Virus record (IMG/VR): IMGVR_UViG_3300045988_109843
Span: 1-64,000 of that record
Reading direction: 5' to 3' (one strand)
Source of the DNA: a virus
DNA: 64,000 nucleotides
Numbering within the stretch: position 1 is the stretch's first letter; the number at the start of each line of letters is the position of its first letter. The notes under the pieces are model-generated. The model ran no database searches and had not been told where the DNA came from. It saw only the letters and a program-made list of their open reading frames with translations. The position numbers and the translations under genes are program-made. Below are positions 39,500-47,493 of this stretch, piece after piece.

Positions 39500-39515
39500 T
39501 AAACCTAAAAATTAG

Positions 39516-39546
39516 CGAAAAATAATAGACGTATTAACGTCATATT
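39516..39546 (-). terminator. rho-independent terminator after the tRNA array
   Basis: Minus-strand hairpin AAUAUGACGU-uaau-ACGUCUAUU followed by UUUUUCGC. Confidence 0.5.
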
Positions 39547-39602
39547 ATTTCATCGCCTATAAAACAAAAGTTCTAACAGATTTTATGTATGCCCTATCGG
39601 GC

Positions 39603-39677
39603 TGGTGGGACAGGCAGGAATCGGACCCGCGACCAAGCAGTTATGAGCTGCCAGCTCTACCATTGAGCTACTATCCC
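39603..39677 (-). tRNA. tRNA-Met/fMet-like (anticodon CAT)
   Basis: Manual fold: acceptor GGGATAG/CTGTCCC, D arm GCTC-AATGGTA-GAGC, anticodon loop CTCATAA, T arm GCGGG-TCCGATT-CCTGC, discriminator A, encoded CCA. Confidence 0.7.
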
Positions 39678-39882
39678 ACATATAAAAGAAAATCAGGAAC
39701 AGCCAACCATTCATTTTACATTCTAGTTTTCTGGCGAATCGAAGAGTATTTATCCGATAGCTAGTCGGCTTACACCTTATTTCTCTTCTTGTCTGGCTTG
39801 ACGTCCTTTACCGGTATGACGCCTTTCCGGTCGCCAATGTACGGCCAATCCCCGAACGAGCTAGAATAACTGATTTTCTTTT

Positions 39883-39957
39883 TGGAGCAGCGAATGGGAA
39901 TCGAACCCACTCCATCGACTTGGAAGGACGATGTACTAACCGTTATACGATCGCTGC
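39883..39957 (-). tRNA. tRNA-Gly (anticodon TCC)
   Basis: Acceptor GCAGCGA/TCGCTGC, anticodon loop CTTCCAA, T loop TTCGATT, discriminator U, encoded CCA. Confidence 0.65.
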
Positions 39958-40043
39958 ATGTAAACCCAGCCTAACCCATTACGAGCGAGCTGGGAATAAT
40001 AGTAAAGGAGATCAACAAACGGTACGCAACCATAAGTTGATAA

Positions 40044-40128
40044 TGGTGCCACAGGCGAGACTCAAACTCGCAAGCCTTTCGGCGTCTACCCCTAAAATAG
40101 ATGTGTAGGTCAATTCCACCACTGTGGC
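40044..40128 (-). tRNA. tRNA-Leu (anticodon TAG), long variable arm
   Basis: Acceptor GCCACAG/CTGTGGC, anticodon stem TCTAT/GTAGA with loop TTTAGGG, long variable arm, T loop TTTGAGT, CCA encoded. 85 nt. Confidence 0.65.
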
Positions 40129-40135
40129 ATATAAA

Positions 40136-40209
40136 TTGCGCCGGAAAAAATCGAACTTTCGCAATCGGGACTTCAAAGGACCCTGCCTTAACCGCTTGGC
40201 TACGACGCA
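40136..40209 (-). tRNA. tRNA-Gln (anticodon TTG)
   Basis: U1:A72 acceptor typical of bacterial tRNA-Gln, anticodon loop CTTTGAA, T loop TTCGATT. 74 nt, no encoded CCA. Confidence 0.55.
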
Positions 40210-40214
40210 TTATA

Positions 40215-40290
40215 TGGTCCGAGTGACAGGTCATGATCCTGCGGCCTCATGCTCCCAAAGCACGCGCTCTACCAACTGAGCTACACCCGG
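40215..40290 (-). tRNA. tRNA-Pro (anticodon TGG)
   Basis: 5' CCGGGTGTAGCTCAGTTGGTAGAGC..., anticodon loop TTTGGGA, unusual T loop ATCATGA, CCA encoded. Confidence 0.55.
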
Positions 40291-40297
40291 ATATCAG

Positions 40298-40382
40298 TGT
40301 CACTACTGGGAGTCGAACCCAGATGGTATCGCTACCGTCGGAGCTTAAGTCCGATGCGTCTCGCCAATTTCGCCATAGTGAC
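40298..40382 (-). tRNA. tRNA-Leu (anticodon TAA), long variable arm
   Basis: Perfect acceptor GTCACTA/TAGTGAC, anticodon stem TCGGA/TCCGA with loop CTTAAGC, long variable arm, T arm TGGG-TTCGACT-CCCA. 85 nt. Confidence 0.6.
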
Positions 40383-40461
40383 ATATCGCTGTCTGTCCAG
40401 CAGTCAACCGTCTTTCCGATTTGCCAATATTCTAGCACTTACCCATCTGCAAATGAGTTGA

Positions 40462-40537
40462 TAGCCCTACTCAGATTTGAACTGAGAATTTTACAAGGTT
40501 TGAGCTTGTTGCGTATGCCTAATTCCGCCATAGGGCC
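40462..40537 (-). tRNA. tRNA of uncertain identity (anticodon CAA, short variable arm)
   Basis: Acceptor GGCCCTA/TAGGGCT (G1:U72), anticodon stem ACAAG/CTTGT with loop CTCAAAC, T arm CTCAG-TTCAAAT-CTGAG. A CAA anticodon without a Leu-type long variable arm is atypical. Confidence 0.45.
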
Positions 40538-40647
40538 ATATTGCCGGTCTTTCCCGGCTGTCAGCCCCGCGCAGGGCATTTTCGGAGGAAGAAATATCAC
40601 GACACTTCGTTAATTATTTTAACGAAAATCACGATAAAATGTCTATT

Positions 40648-41031
40648 TTAATTCAACTCTTCCAGCTTCTTCATCAACTGGTCTACGTCCATATCTTCCA
40701 GTTCCTTATCCTTCTTCTTTGCCACAATCTTCATGATCTTATCGCGCTGCGCCTTCTTTTCGGCAGCATTCACACGAGCCTCAGATTCAGCCAGCTTGAC
40801 AGATACGATGTACTTGACCAACTCGATCTTGTTTGCCAGTTCAGTATCCTCGGCGCTCTTAACAGACAGCAAAGAATCTTCATCTGCAGTTTTCTTCTGA
40901 CGGTTCAGAGTCTTAAAAATCGCATCCAATGCCTCGACGCTCAGATCCCACAGATCCTCAACAGTCATAACACCCTTGTAAGTAAAGCGATAGCGATTAC
41001 GTGTTGCGATTTCAAACAGATTCTTTTCCAT
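40648..41031 (-). CDS. hypothetical protein
   Basis: 127 aa. Predicted coiled-coil C-terminus. Confidence 0.5.
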   Translation of the reverse strand: MEKNLFEIATRNRYRFTYKGVMTVEDLWDLSVEALDAIFKTLNRQKKTADEDSLLSVKSAEDTELANKIELVKYIVSVKLAESEARVNAAEKKAQRDKIMKIVAKKKDKELEDMDVDQLMKKLEELN

Positions 41032-41045
41032 AATTATTTCTCCTT

Positions 41046-43124
41046 TCAGATAACTACTTTCAGAACTCGCTCAGTAGCTCCCTGCACCTTAACAATAAAG
41101 AAATCATGCTTTGTCTCAGAGAAGCCAACACCAGACAGCTGGTCATCCACGGACTGAACTGCCATCTGAGAACCAAGTGCCTCAAACACACGCTTATGCT
41201 GTAGCAGTTCCGCCTTCAGGAATTCGTTGTAAAATCCGTTCGGCTTTTCGGGATTAACGCAATCTTTGAGCATGAAGAAGTAGTGACGGTTGCCATTGCC
41301 GATCTGCTCATCCCAGTAGTTCGGAGAATACATCGCCACAGACACAGGTACGAACTGATTGGAATTCACACCCCAGATCTCGCGGGTGCTAGTAGAACTG
41401 GGCAGCAGCTCCTTGATAGAGAACTTACCATCCTTCAGTGTGACCTTTGCCACGGCGACATTCTGACCCTGATGCAGCAGCTTATCATAGTTAAACGAGT
41501 AGATATTGCCATCGAATTCGATCTCAGCACGGAAACCAGTTTTACCGCCACGACCAGCAAAGCATCTCACATAGAAGCTGTACTCGCCTTCCTTCATCTT
41601 CTTAATGTCAGGCCAGGTGATGTTCTCAACAGCAGCCTTATCCCGCAAAGGATGAGTGATATCCACATCCAGACGGCCATCGGTACGATAATTCCAACAC
41701 CTTCCGAAATAGATGTGATTGTTATCGGGTTCAATGCAATGAGCATCCTCATCGTTTTCATCCCACTCGCCCGGCTTATCGTTCCACTGAATAGAAAAAC
41801 GCAGCACGCCATCGACCTTGCCGCCAGCAGCCTTAACGTTTTCGCGAATATCGCTGTCTGCCATATTGCCGGTATATGCCCAACTGAAACCATTAGGCCA
41901 CTTGAACATGCTCGGCGCACTCTTATCCTGCGGAGCAATCAGAGACATCATATTCTTCTCGAAACGATTTTCCATGAACAGCTCCAGCCCAGTCGCAGTC
42001 GGCAGCACGTCCTTGATGAACTTGTCGATGCCAATTTCCTCTGCGCGGCCAAACTTCTTGGGATCAATTGCAACAGTCTTAGCCATTGCTTCAAACGGAT
42101 TTGTAGCGCCAGCAATACGAGGGGCAGCATCCCGGTTGCAGAACAGGATATTATTGGCGGTGATATCGTCCAGAGTAGCAAACCGGCGACCCAGACTGCT
42201 CATATAGCCCAGCTCGGTGACAGTCTTCTGTGTATCTTCCAACATCTTCTTGGTGAAAATCGCCTTGGGACGCTTATAGTTTGCGGGAGCAACAACCTTC
42301 TCAAAGGCGGTAACGGCGGAATCCACATCCATACCTTCGCTCAAATTTACCAGCAAAGTACCGATAGCGGTGTTACGGATACGAAGCTGTCCCATATCGC
42401 TCCACGCCGGTGCCAGCCAAACATAAGCGGCCTTGTTCTCAGCCAGAGTGTTGTCGTATTCGATTTTGTTAGTCTTAAATACCTTAACGGCATTTTCAAA
42501 TTCCTTACCGCGATACAGACTATTCTGTGCAATCAGCTCCAGAACAGTATCAACAGCATCCATGGTCAGTTCTTCCAGAGAACGCTTGTATACATTTGCG
42601 GAATCACGCCACTGAGCCATTTTGGTAGCCACATCATCAGGCCGCACAACGAAACGCTGCGGAATCTTGACTGCGAAATGATCCCAAGTATGCACGTCCT
42701 TGTGGTTCTCATCGTACTCGTAGCTCATCTCAGTTCCGAACATATTGCCAGAACCGATCATATTGCGACTGACAAAATACGGATTCACAATAGTGCGGCT
42801 CTTCACATAAGCATCCAGAGCGTCCACAACAGGCTGATACTTGGCAGACTTTGCATCAAAATCCCACACAGTAATCATTTTTCCATCATCAAACGCTACC
42901 AGCTTGCCGATATTCTTCACGAAACGGCGGCAGCAGGAACAGTCATGCTCGCGCCGCTTACGGAACAACTCATTCGTGCCAGCCGGGAAGCTGTCGAGAT
43001 ACAGATTGTACAGCTCATCCTCGTCTGCATCGGTGATAAACAGTGGATTCTCACCCTTCACCATCTCATTGAAGTGGTCCTGCAGCAGTGCACGAAATTT
43101 CTTGAAATCAGACATTGTTATCAT
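41046..43124 (-). CDS. large hypothetical protein (about 690 aa)
   Basis: Track ORF 41046..43379. The N-terminal 85 codons run through the promoter motif and terminator, so the start is placed at MITMSDFKKF (43124 or 43115). Visibly GC-richer than its surroundings. No family recognised. Confidence 0.55.
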   Translation of the reverse strand: MITMSDFKKFRALLQDHFNEMVKGENPLFITDADEDELYNLYLDSFPAGTNELFRKRREHDCSCCRRFVKNIGKLVAFDDGKMITVWDFDAKSAKYQPVVDALDAYVKSRTIVNPYFVSRNMIGSGNMFGTEMSYEYDENHKDVHTWDHFAVKIPQRFVVRPDDVATKMAQWRDSANVYKRSLEELTMDAVDTVLELIAQNSLYRGKEFENAVKVFKTNKIEYDNTLAENKAAYVWLAPAWSDMGQLRIRNTAIGTLLVNLSEGMDVDSAVTAFEKVVAPANYKRPKAIFTKKMLEDTQKTVTELGYMSSLGRRFATLDDITANNILFCNRDAAPRIAGATNPFEAMAKTVAIDPKKFGRAEEIGIDKFIKDVLPTATGLELFMENRFEKNMMSLIAPQDKSAPSMFKWPNGFSWAYTGNMADSDIRENVKAAGGKVDGVLRFSIQWNDKPGEWDENDEDAHCIEPDNNHIYFGRCWNYRTDGRLDVDITHPLRDKAAVENITWPDIKKMKEGEYSFYVRCFAGRGGKTGFRAEIEFDGNIYSFNYDKLLHQGQNVAVAKVTLKDGKFSIKELLPSSTSTREIWGVNSNQFVPVSVAMYSPNYWDEQIGNGNRHYFFMLKDCVNPEKPNGFYNEFLKAELLQHKRVFEALGSQMAVQSVDDQLSGVGFSETKHDFFIVKVQGATERVLKVVI

Positions 43125-43147
43125 TCTCCATTCAAATACTATTTTCT

Positions 43148-43168
43148 GTATCCTGTGTTGTATAGTTA
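43148..43168 (+). repeat. 21-bp conserved motif, forward copy (GTATCCTGTGTTGTATAGTTA)
   Basis: Between terminator 43171-43213 and the start of the 690-aa gene. Confidence 0.7.
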
Positions 43169-43170
43169 CA

Positions 43171-43213
43171 ATGTTAAAATCAAGGGGCCGAAGCCCCCTG
43201 TTTTTAATTTTTG
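43171..43213 (-). terminator. rho-independent terminator (bidirectional)
   Basis: GGGGC-cgaa-GCCCC hairpin at 43184-43197. Minus-strand tail UUGAUUUUAACAUU. Plus-strand tail CTGTTTTTAATTTTT. Confidence 0.6.
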
Positions 43214-44130
43214 TGGAAGTATTCGATCCAGCCCTTGTATCCTTGCCGGAAGCTAATGTATGCAACCTTGCTACACTTTCTTCCGATAATGTCCGCAAGA
43301 GGATCTTTACCATTTCCGAAACTAAGTTCTGCAAGATTAAATTCTGGATGAGTTTTACAGTAGTTATAAACCTTGACATACTCGCCGTTTCTGGTCAGAT
43401 GTCTTCGGTCTAAAGCCTTTGAATGATATCTTCTTTCGAGAATATCATTCAAGCGCGTGAAATAACTATGAATTGTGTTTGTAGACATTCTTGGATCACT
43501 GTTTGCACCAGTTCTATCCTCTGTTTTGCGAAGAATGTAATCACCATTTATGACATAAAACGTTCTGTATCCTCCCATATTTGGAGCATCGTATTGTTTC
43601 ATTTCATAACACTGCTTGATGATATTCATCAGCCTCGCGTCAACATCAGTTTTGCCAAGAACGGTACGAGATTCAAAATCAACATCGTTAATTGTCAGAT
43701 TAGAAACCTCTTCTGAAGTAAGGCCAATCCAGTACAGCACGGCAATTACGTTCATACGAATCTGATATGGTTCTTCATACTTGTCCAAGAAATCAACAAA
43801 CTCATCAACTGATGCAAAATACTTGCCCTCGTACATGTTGTCCGAGCTCACATCATCCTCTGAGAATTCAGCTAAGTCATACATGCTCGCTCGATCCTCA
43901 CTTTTGATGTAACCTGTAATTATCGACTTTACATTTCTGAACGACCGACTTGAGTTCACCCAATTGTATTTGGCAAACATCTTTACGAAATCATCTTTTG
44001 TGAAGTCAAACAACTCATACCCACGCTCGGCCTCGTAATCCATAACATGGTTAAGCGTCGATATAACAAACTCACCGCTTCTATCAGAATACTTTTCAGC
44101 AAAAGCTTTGATCTTTTCTTCAGTAAGCAT
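43204..44130 (-). CDS. tyrosine-recombinase-like protein (phage integrase family, divergent)
   Basis: 308 aa. ...LYWIGLTSEEVSNLTINDVDF... core-binding/catalytic junction, HSYFTRL and RRHLTR boxes, C-terminal Tyr candidates. Weak match. Confidence 0.45.
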   Translation of the reverse strand: MLTEEKIKAFAEKYSDRSGEFVISTLNHVMDYEAERGYELFDFTKDDFVKMFAKYNWVNSSRSFRNVKSIITGYIKSEDRASMYDLAEFSEDDVSSDNMYEGKYFASVDEFVDFLDKYEEPYQIRMNVIAVLYWIGLTSEEVSNLTINDVDFESRTVLGKTDVDARLMNIIKQCYEMKQYDAPNMGGYRTFYVINGDYILRKTEDRTGANSDPRMSTNTIHSYFTRLNDILERRYHSKALDRRHLTRNGEYVKVYNYCKTHPEFNLAELSFGNGKDPLADIIGRKCSKVAYISFRQGYKGWIEYFHKN

Positions 44131-44183
44131 AGTGGCACACTCCTTCTTATTATATGTAGTGTACCATTAACCCTTATAAAAAA

Positions 44184-44609
44184 TCAAGCAAATGCGGCAA
44201 AATTCTGAAATTCCATGGTATGTTGTACGCCGCTCAAGAATGCTGCGAGTAAAAATGGTTCATCCTTGCATCTTGCCATTGCGATCATATTCATCTGACG
44301 CTCCGACAAGACACCAAGTTTCTTAATGAACTGTCCTTTATTAAGTGTATCAGTCTCTTCACAGAGAACAATACTGTCAACCTCTAGGAAATCACAGTCT
44401 TCCTTTGAGAGTAGAACATGAACCGGAGAACGCTTGCATATTCTTGAAGACAACGGATTCCCTTTAATTGTTGGGCTGAAGAGGTTGCGCTTGTTGTTGC
44501 TTGTCACAACGAAGGGCCGAATGCCGCGCTGCTGATGACCTGTCGCATTGGATAGATCAACCAACCAAACCTCTCCGACCTTTGGGTCAATATTGATATC
44601 CATAGTCAT
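44184..44609 (-). CDS. MazF/PemK-family endoribonuclease toxin homolog
   Basis: 141 aa. GEVWLVDLSNATGHQQRGIRPFVVTSNN...V.V.PLSSR.......V.L......FLEVDSIVLCEETDTLNK matches the MazF/PemK fold signature. Confidence 0.65.
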   Translation of the reverse strand: MTMDINIDPKVGEVWLVDLSNATGHQQRGIRPFVVTSNNKRNLFSPTIKGNPLSSRICKRSPVHVLLSKEDCDFLEVDSIVLCEETDTLNKGQFIKKLGVLSERQMNMIAMARCKDEPFLLAAFLSGVQHTMEFQNFAAFA

Positions 44610-44639
44610 TCTCCTCTACAATGGTGTAGCTCCGTTCCA

Positions 44640-44675
44640 TAGCTACATTATACAGGATACAATTGAAGAAGTCAA
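44640..44675 (-). promoter_or_regulatory. sigma70-type promoter TTGACT-17-TATAAT (21-bp motif, inverse copy) driving the mazF-like gene
   Basis: Minus strand reads ctcTTGACTtcttcaattgtatcctgTATAATgtagctatggaacggagctac... An A/T-rich upstream element sits above it. A GTAGCT...AGCTAC palindrome spans the predicted transcription start. Confidence 0.65.
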
Positions 44676-44694
44676 GAGGTTTTTGAAAATATTT

Positions 44695-45051
44695 TTAGTG
44701 CCCGTACAACTCAGGATTCTCTGATACGAACACGCTGGTATTATCGAAGATCATCTCATACGCTCTCTCTTTATCACCCGGCCTAAACTCTATCCTCCTT
44801 ACCTCGTAGCATTCTTGCCGCAACTCAACGTGACTTTCGTTTCCAAAAAAACCAATGCCTTTGACAGTCCCATGCGTCTCTACGCCAATGTCGTCCATCT
44901 TTTTACAGATCATGTGAACGTCCACACCATTGCAAACAAAACAGACCCACACTCTCTTTTTTCTTATGTACTTCAAAAAGTTCTTAACCTGTATAACTCC
45001 CAAAACCTTTTTTTCACTCATCGAAATACCGCCTTCCGCTCGCACAAACAA
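44695..45051 (-). CDS. hypothetical protein
   Basis: 118 aa. Lies directly upstream of the mazF promoter. No antitoxin-like features recognised. Confidence 0.5.
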   Translation of the reverse strand: MFVRAEGGISMSEKKVLGVIQVKNFLKYIRKKRVWVCFVCNGVDVHMICKKMDDIGVETHGTVKGIGFFGNESHVELRQECYEVRRIEFRPGDKERAYEMIFDNTSVFVSENPELYGH

Positions 45052-45145
45052 CTTTCAAGATACATTATACACATCTTTTTGTTTTTCGTCAATATGTTGT
45101 ACATCTTTTTGTCGTATGATTCGCCGAAATTTTAGATGATGCCAT

Positions 45146-45772
45146 TTACTCAGCATCATCCACAACTAGACTTGCGTTATAATAAAACCTGTGTGCGCCA
45201 AATTGTCCAGCAAATGTTGCTCCGCGCTCGTGCCAACTGCCGGGAGCTGCCGCCGGGGTCACAAACCATTGAATAGGTTTGTCTGAAATCTTAGCACCGT
45301 AATCAAACACCATAGACACAGCCAGTTCGTTCTCTGCCGTCACCTTCCTATTATATAAGGAACTATAACCATACTTCTTAAAGACCTGCTGGATGGTTAG
45401 ACCATCAAGCACAGCGGAATCATAAAGACATTGAGCCACAGCCATCTGACCTTCTAGGCTATCAGCACCTGCTTCACAAGCAACGATCTGCTCCGCAAGA
45501 GCACGCTCATCATCAGTGAGTTCGCGCTTTCCCTGGCTGAAGTTCACAATCCGCGTCTCAACAACAGTCTCTACAATGACTTCTGGCTCCTTTTCCTCTT
45601 GTTGCACGATACTCGCTGCCGGAGGACTACTATTATAAATGTATGAATTGCTCTGATTCTGAATCGCAGGACTGATCTTCGATACCAGATTCCCTGCCAG
45701 TAAGCACATTATACACACGATAGCAATACTTTGCTCACGATTTATTAACAAATTAGAGTTAATAAAAATCAC
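45146..45772 (-). CDS. SleB/CwlJ-family (Hydrolase_2) cell-wall hydrolase with N-terminal membrane anchor
   Basis: 208 aa. N-terminal transmembrane segment. ...EQIVACEAGADSLEGQMAVAQCLYDSAV...TIQQVFKKYGYSS resembles the SleB catalytic domain. Confidence 0.55.
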   Translation of the reverse strand: MIFINSNLLINREQSIAIVCIMCLLAGNLVSKISPAIQNQSNSYIYNSSPPAASIVQQEEKEPEVIVETVVETRIVNFSQGKRELTDDERALAEQIVACEAGADSLEGQMAVAQCLYDSAVLDGLTIQQVFKKYGYSSLYNRKVTAENELAVSMVFDYGAKISDKPIQWFVTPAAAPGSWHERGATFAGQFGAHRFYYNASLVVDDAE

Positions 45773-45793
45773 TTCCTTTCAAAAATATTGGTT

Positions 45794-45949
45794 TTATAAG
45801 CTGCGCAAAAATTCATACAACTCAATTTCACCTTGCAACCAAACGACATCTCCGCCAGCCTTCAAATACACCGAATAGACCTTATCAGGATGCTCGAAGA
45901 TGGATTCTACCTTCTTAGCTGCGTTCCGATCAATAAGTACACTGCTCAT
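45794..45949 (-). CDS. small hypothetical protein (51 aa, below the ORF-track cutoff)
   Basis: Hand-translated MSSVLIDRNAAKKVESIFEHPDKVYSVYLKAGGDVVWLQGEIELYEFLRSL. Fills an otherwise empty 190-nt gap. Confidence 0.3.
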   Translation of the reverse strand: MSSVLIDRNAAKKVESIFEHPDKVYSVYLKAGGDVVWLQGEIELYEFLRSL

Positions 45950-45966
45950 AGTCTTATTTTCCTTCT

Positions 45967-46302
45967 TTAAAACGCATATCCACGCACATTATTATGCAGC
46001 GGAGGTTTAATTTCAAATGCCTTATCACTCTCTGCATCATACTTAAACCACCTCGTTAGCTCGGCCACAGGATAGAATCCTTCCTCATACCCTTCGATAA
46101 CTGCATAGTTGTAGCAATGTTCAAAGACATCGGCCACATTATCAATCACAGACTGGATAGCTTCTTTCAAATCCGTGAAGTACCCAGCAATCCAACTATC
46201 ATCTGGCATCCAATAGATACCTTTGGTGCTTGATACCGGCGAGCTAAATTTCGCATTCTGCTCATCCTTAAACGAGTCAATCATTGTTACGGTATAAATC
46301 AT
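45967..46302 (-). CDS. hypothetical protein
   Basis: 111 aa. Confidence 0.45.
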   Translation of the reverse strand: MIYTVTMIDSFKDEQNAKFSSPVSSTKGIYWMPDDSWIAGYFTDLKEAIQSVIDNVADVFEHCYNYAVIEGYEEGFYPVAELTRWFKYDAESDKAFEIKPPLHNNVRGYAF

Positions 46303-46332
46303 TTTAAAACCATTCCCATTAAATCTTAATTC

Positions 46333-46530
46333 TTATCTGTTAAGCAGTTCTTTGATGTAAAGCGTCTCAAAATTTTTCAGATTAGGATATTCGCTTCGAG
46401 CCATCTTTTCTGCCTGTTCTTCAACGCTCAAAATACTTTCAAAATCATCATCTACATCAACAACATAACACATACATTCGTGGTCGTGCTTATTGTTCCA
46501 ACCTTCAAAAAGAACAACGAACTTTTTCAT
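46333..46530 (-). CDS. hypothetical protein
   Basis: 65 aa. Confidence 0.4.
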   Translation of the reverse strand: MKKFVVLFEGWNNKHDHECMCYVVDVDDDFESILSVEEQAEKMARSEYPNLKNFETLYIKELLNR

Positions 46531-46541
46531 AATGTATCTCT

Positions 46542-46718
46542 CCTTAAATCTTAGTTTTTATCATTTTTCTTAATTTCTTCTTTAATCACAATGTACGGAA
46601 TGCCCTCCAAAGATGCTCTAAGTAACGCAATCACCGCTCTGCCAGATTTTCCGTCTGCCAATTTTGATACATCTTTTAGCTTTTTTAAGACATCTTCTCG
46701 CTTCACATACTTACCCAT
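46542..46718 (-). CDS. small hypothetical protein (58 aa, below the ORF-track cutoff)
   Basis: Hand-translated MGKYVKREDVLKKLKDVSKLADGKSGRAVIALLRASLEGIPYIVIKEEIKKNDKN with RBS AAGGAGAAT upstream. Confidence 0.35.
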
Positions 46719-46736
46719 TATGATTCTCCTTAAAAC

Positions 46737-46997
46737 TTATCGTTTCAAATAATGTGCTGGAGCATCTTCCATAAGAAGTAAAACAATCTGCTTGTATCGT
46801 TTATGCGCTTCTTCTGTAATGGCGCATTCCAACGCTCTCACATCAGAAAACTGTAGATTTTCTGCAAGAATTTTGAGTGTCGAAGTTGGCTCCAACACTC
46901 CGTTTCCGTTCTTGAACTCGTAAACGCTCTTGCACAACGCAACCAAATCATTGTCACTAACATGAGTGATATAGTTGTTCATTTCTCCGTAAGTCAT
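46737..46997 (-). CDS. hypothetical protein
   Basis: 86 aa. Confidence 0.45.
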   Translation of the reverse strand: MTYGEMNNYITHVSDNDLVALCKSVYEFKNGNGVLEPTSTLKILAENLQFSDVRALECAITEEAHKRYKQIVLLLMEDAPAHYLKR

Positions 46998-47024
46998 AAT
47001 ATTCTCCTTAAATCTCAGCTTTTA

Positions 47025-47252
47025 TCAAATGTCTTTCCACCACTCGGAAATATCATCATCGTTAATTTCTTTCTTTGTTTCGACCTCACGAAAGCATTCG
47101 CAGACACTATCCCAAATTGCAATCACAAGATCACTACTTCTTTCAAGAGTATGCCCGAAGTAGTCCTTGTAATAAAGGTTAAGCATAAACGATTTGCCAT
47201 TCATTCCATAAGTTGGAATTGGTTCATCAGCAACTTTAATCCACATATACAC
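47025..47252 (-). CDS. hypothetical protein
   Basis: 75 aa. Confidence 0.4.
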   Translation of the reverse strand: MYMWIKVADEPIPTYGMNGKSFMLNLYYKDYFGHTLERSSDLVIAIWDSVCECFREVETKKEINDDDISEWWKDI

Positions 47253-47271
47253 TCCTAAATCTTAACTTTTA

Positions 47272-47493
47272 TCAAACTCGTTTATTCCATGCTTCGATAA
47301 GGTTGGCTCTGATTCTTTCTTTATCCTTTTCAGGGCAACCAAACCAATACTCTCCGCTTTCCATAAAAATACGACAAGAGCATTTGTTTTCTCCGTGCGC
47401 CCTCGAAATAAACATCCACTTCTTTGTATCAGCCCCTGTTTCGGCAATGGTAACTTCCCCACCGCAGAACGGACACGGTTTCAAATTATCCAT
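47272..47493 (-). CDS. Lar-family restriction-alleviation-like zinc-ribbon protein
   Basis: 73 aa. MDNLKPCPFCGG...C.C...W.GCP...AIEAWNKR matches the Lar-family pattern. Confidence 0.5.
   Translation of the reverse strand: MDNLKPCPFCGGEVTIAETGADTKKWMFISRAHGENKCSCRIFMESGEYWFGCPEKDKERIRANLIEAWNKRV

Noticed and set aside
39683-39882. Possible eighth tRNA or ncRNA in the 200-nt gap between tRNA-Met and tRNA-Gly.
   Set aside because: No acceptor, D, anticodon and T cloverleaf could be folded by hand. Only local hairpins (CCGG...CCGG) are present. Left unannotated.
41283-43256. 657-aa plus-strand ORF, plus the other plus-strand ORFs in the track (for example 145..354, 7952..8599, 10592..11356, 19868..20620, 63133..63696).
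   Set aside because: All lie antisense inside well-supported minus-strand genes. They have Ile/Leu/His/Arg-skewed, low-complexity composition with no start context. The long one exists only because this segment is GC-richer.
43148-44660. Invertible DNA switch bounded by inverted 21-bp motif copies flanking the recombinase + mazF.
   Set aside because: The same motif is inverted at other loci with no recombinase involved, and there is no evidence of alternative orientation. Kept only as a speculation inside a finding.
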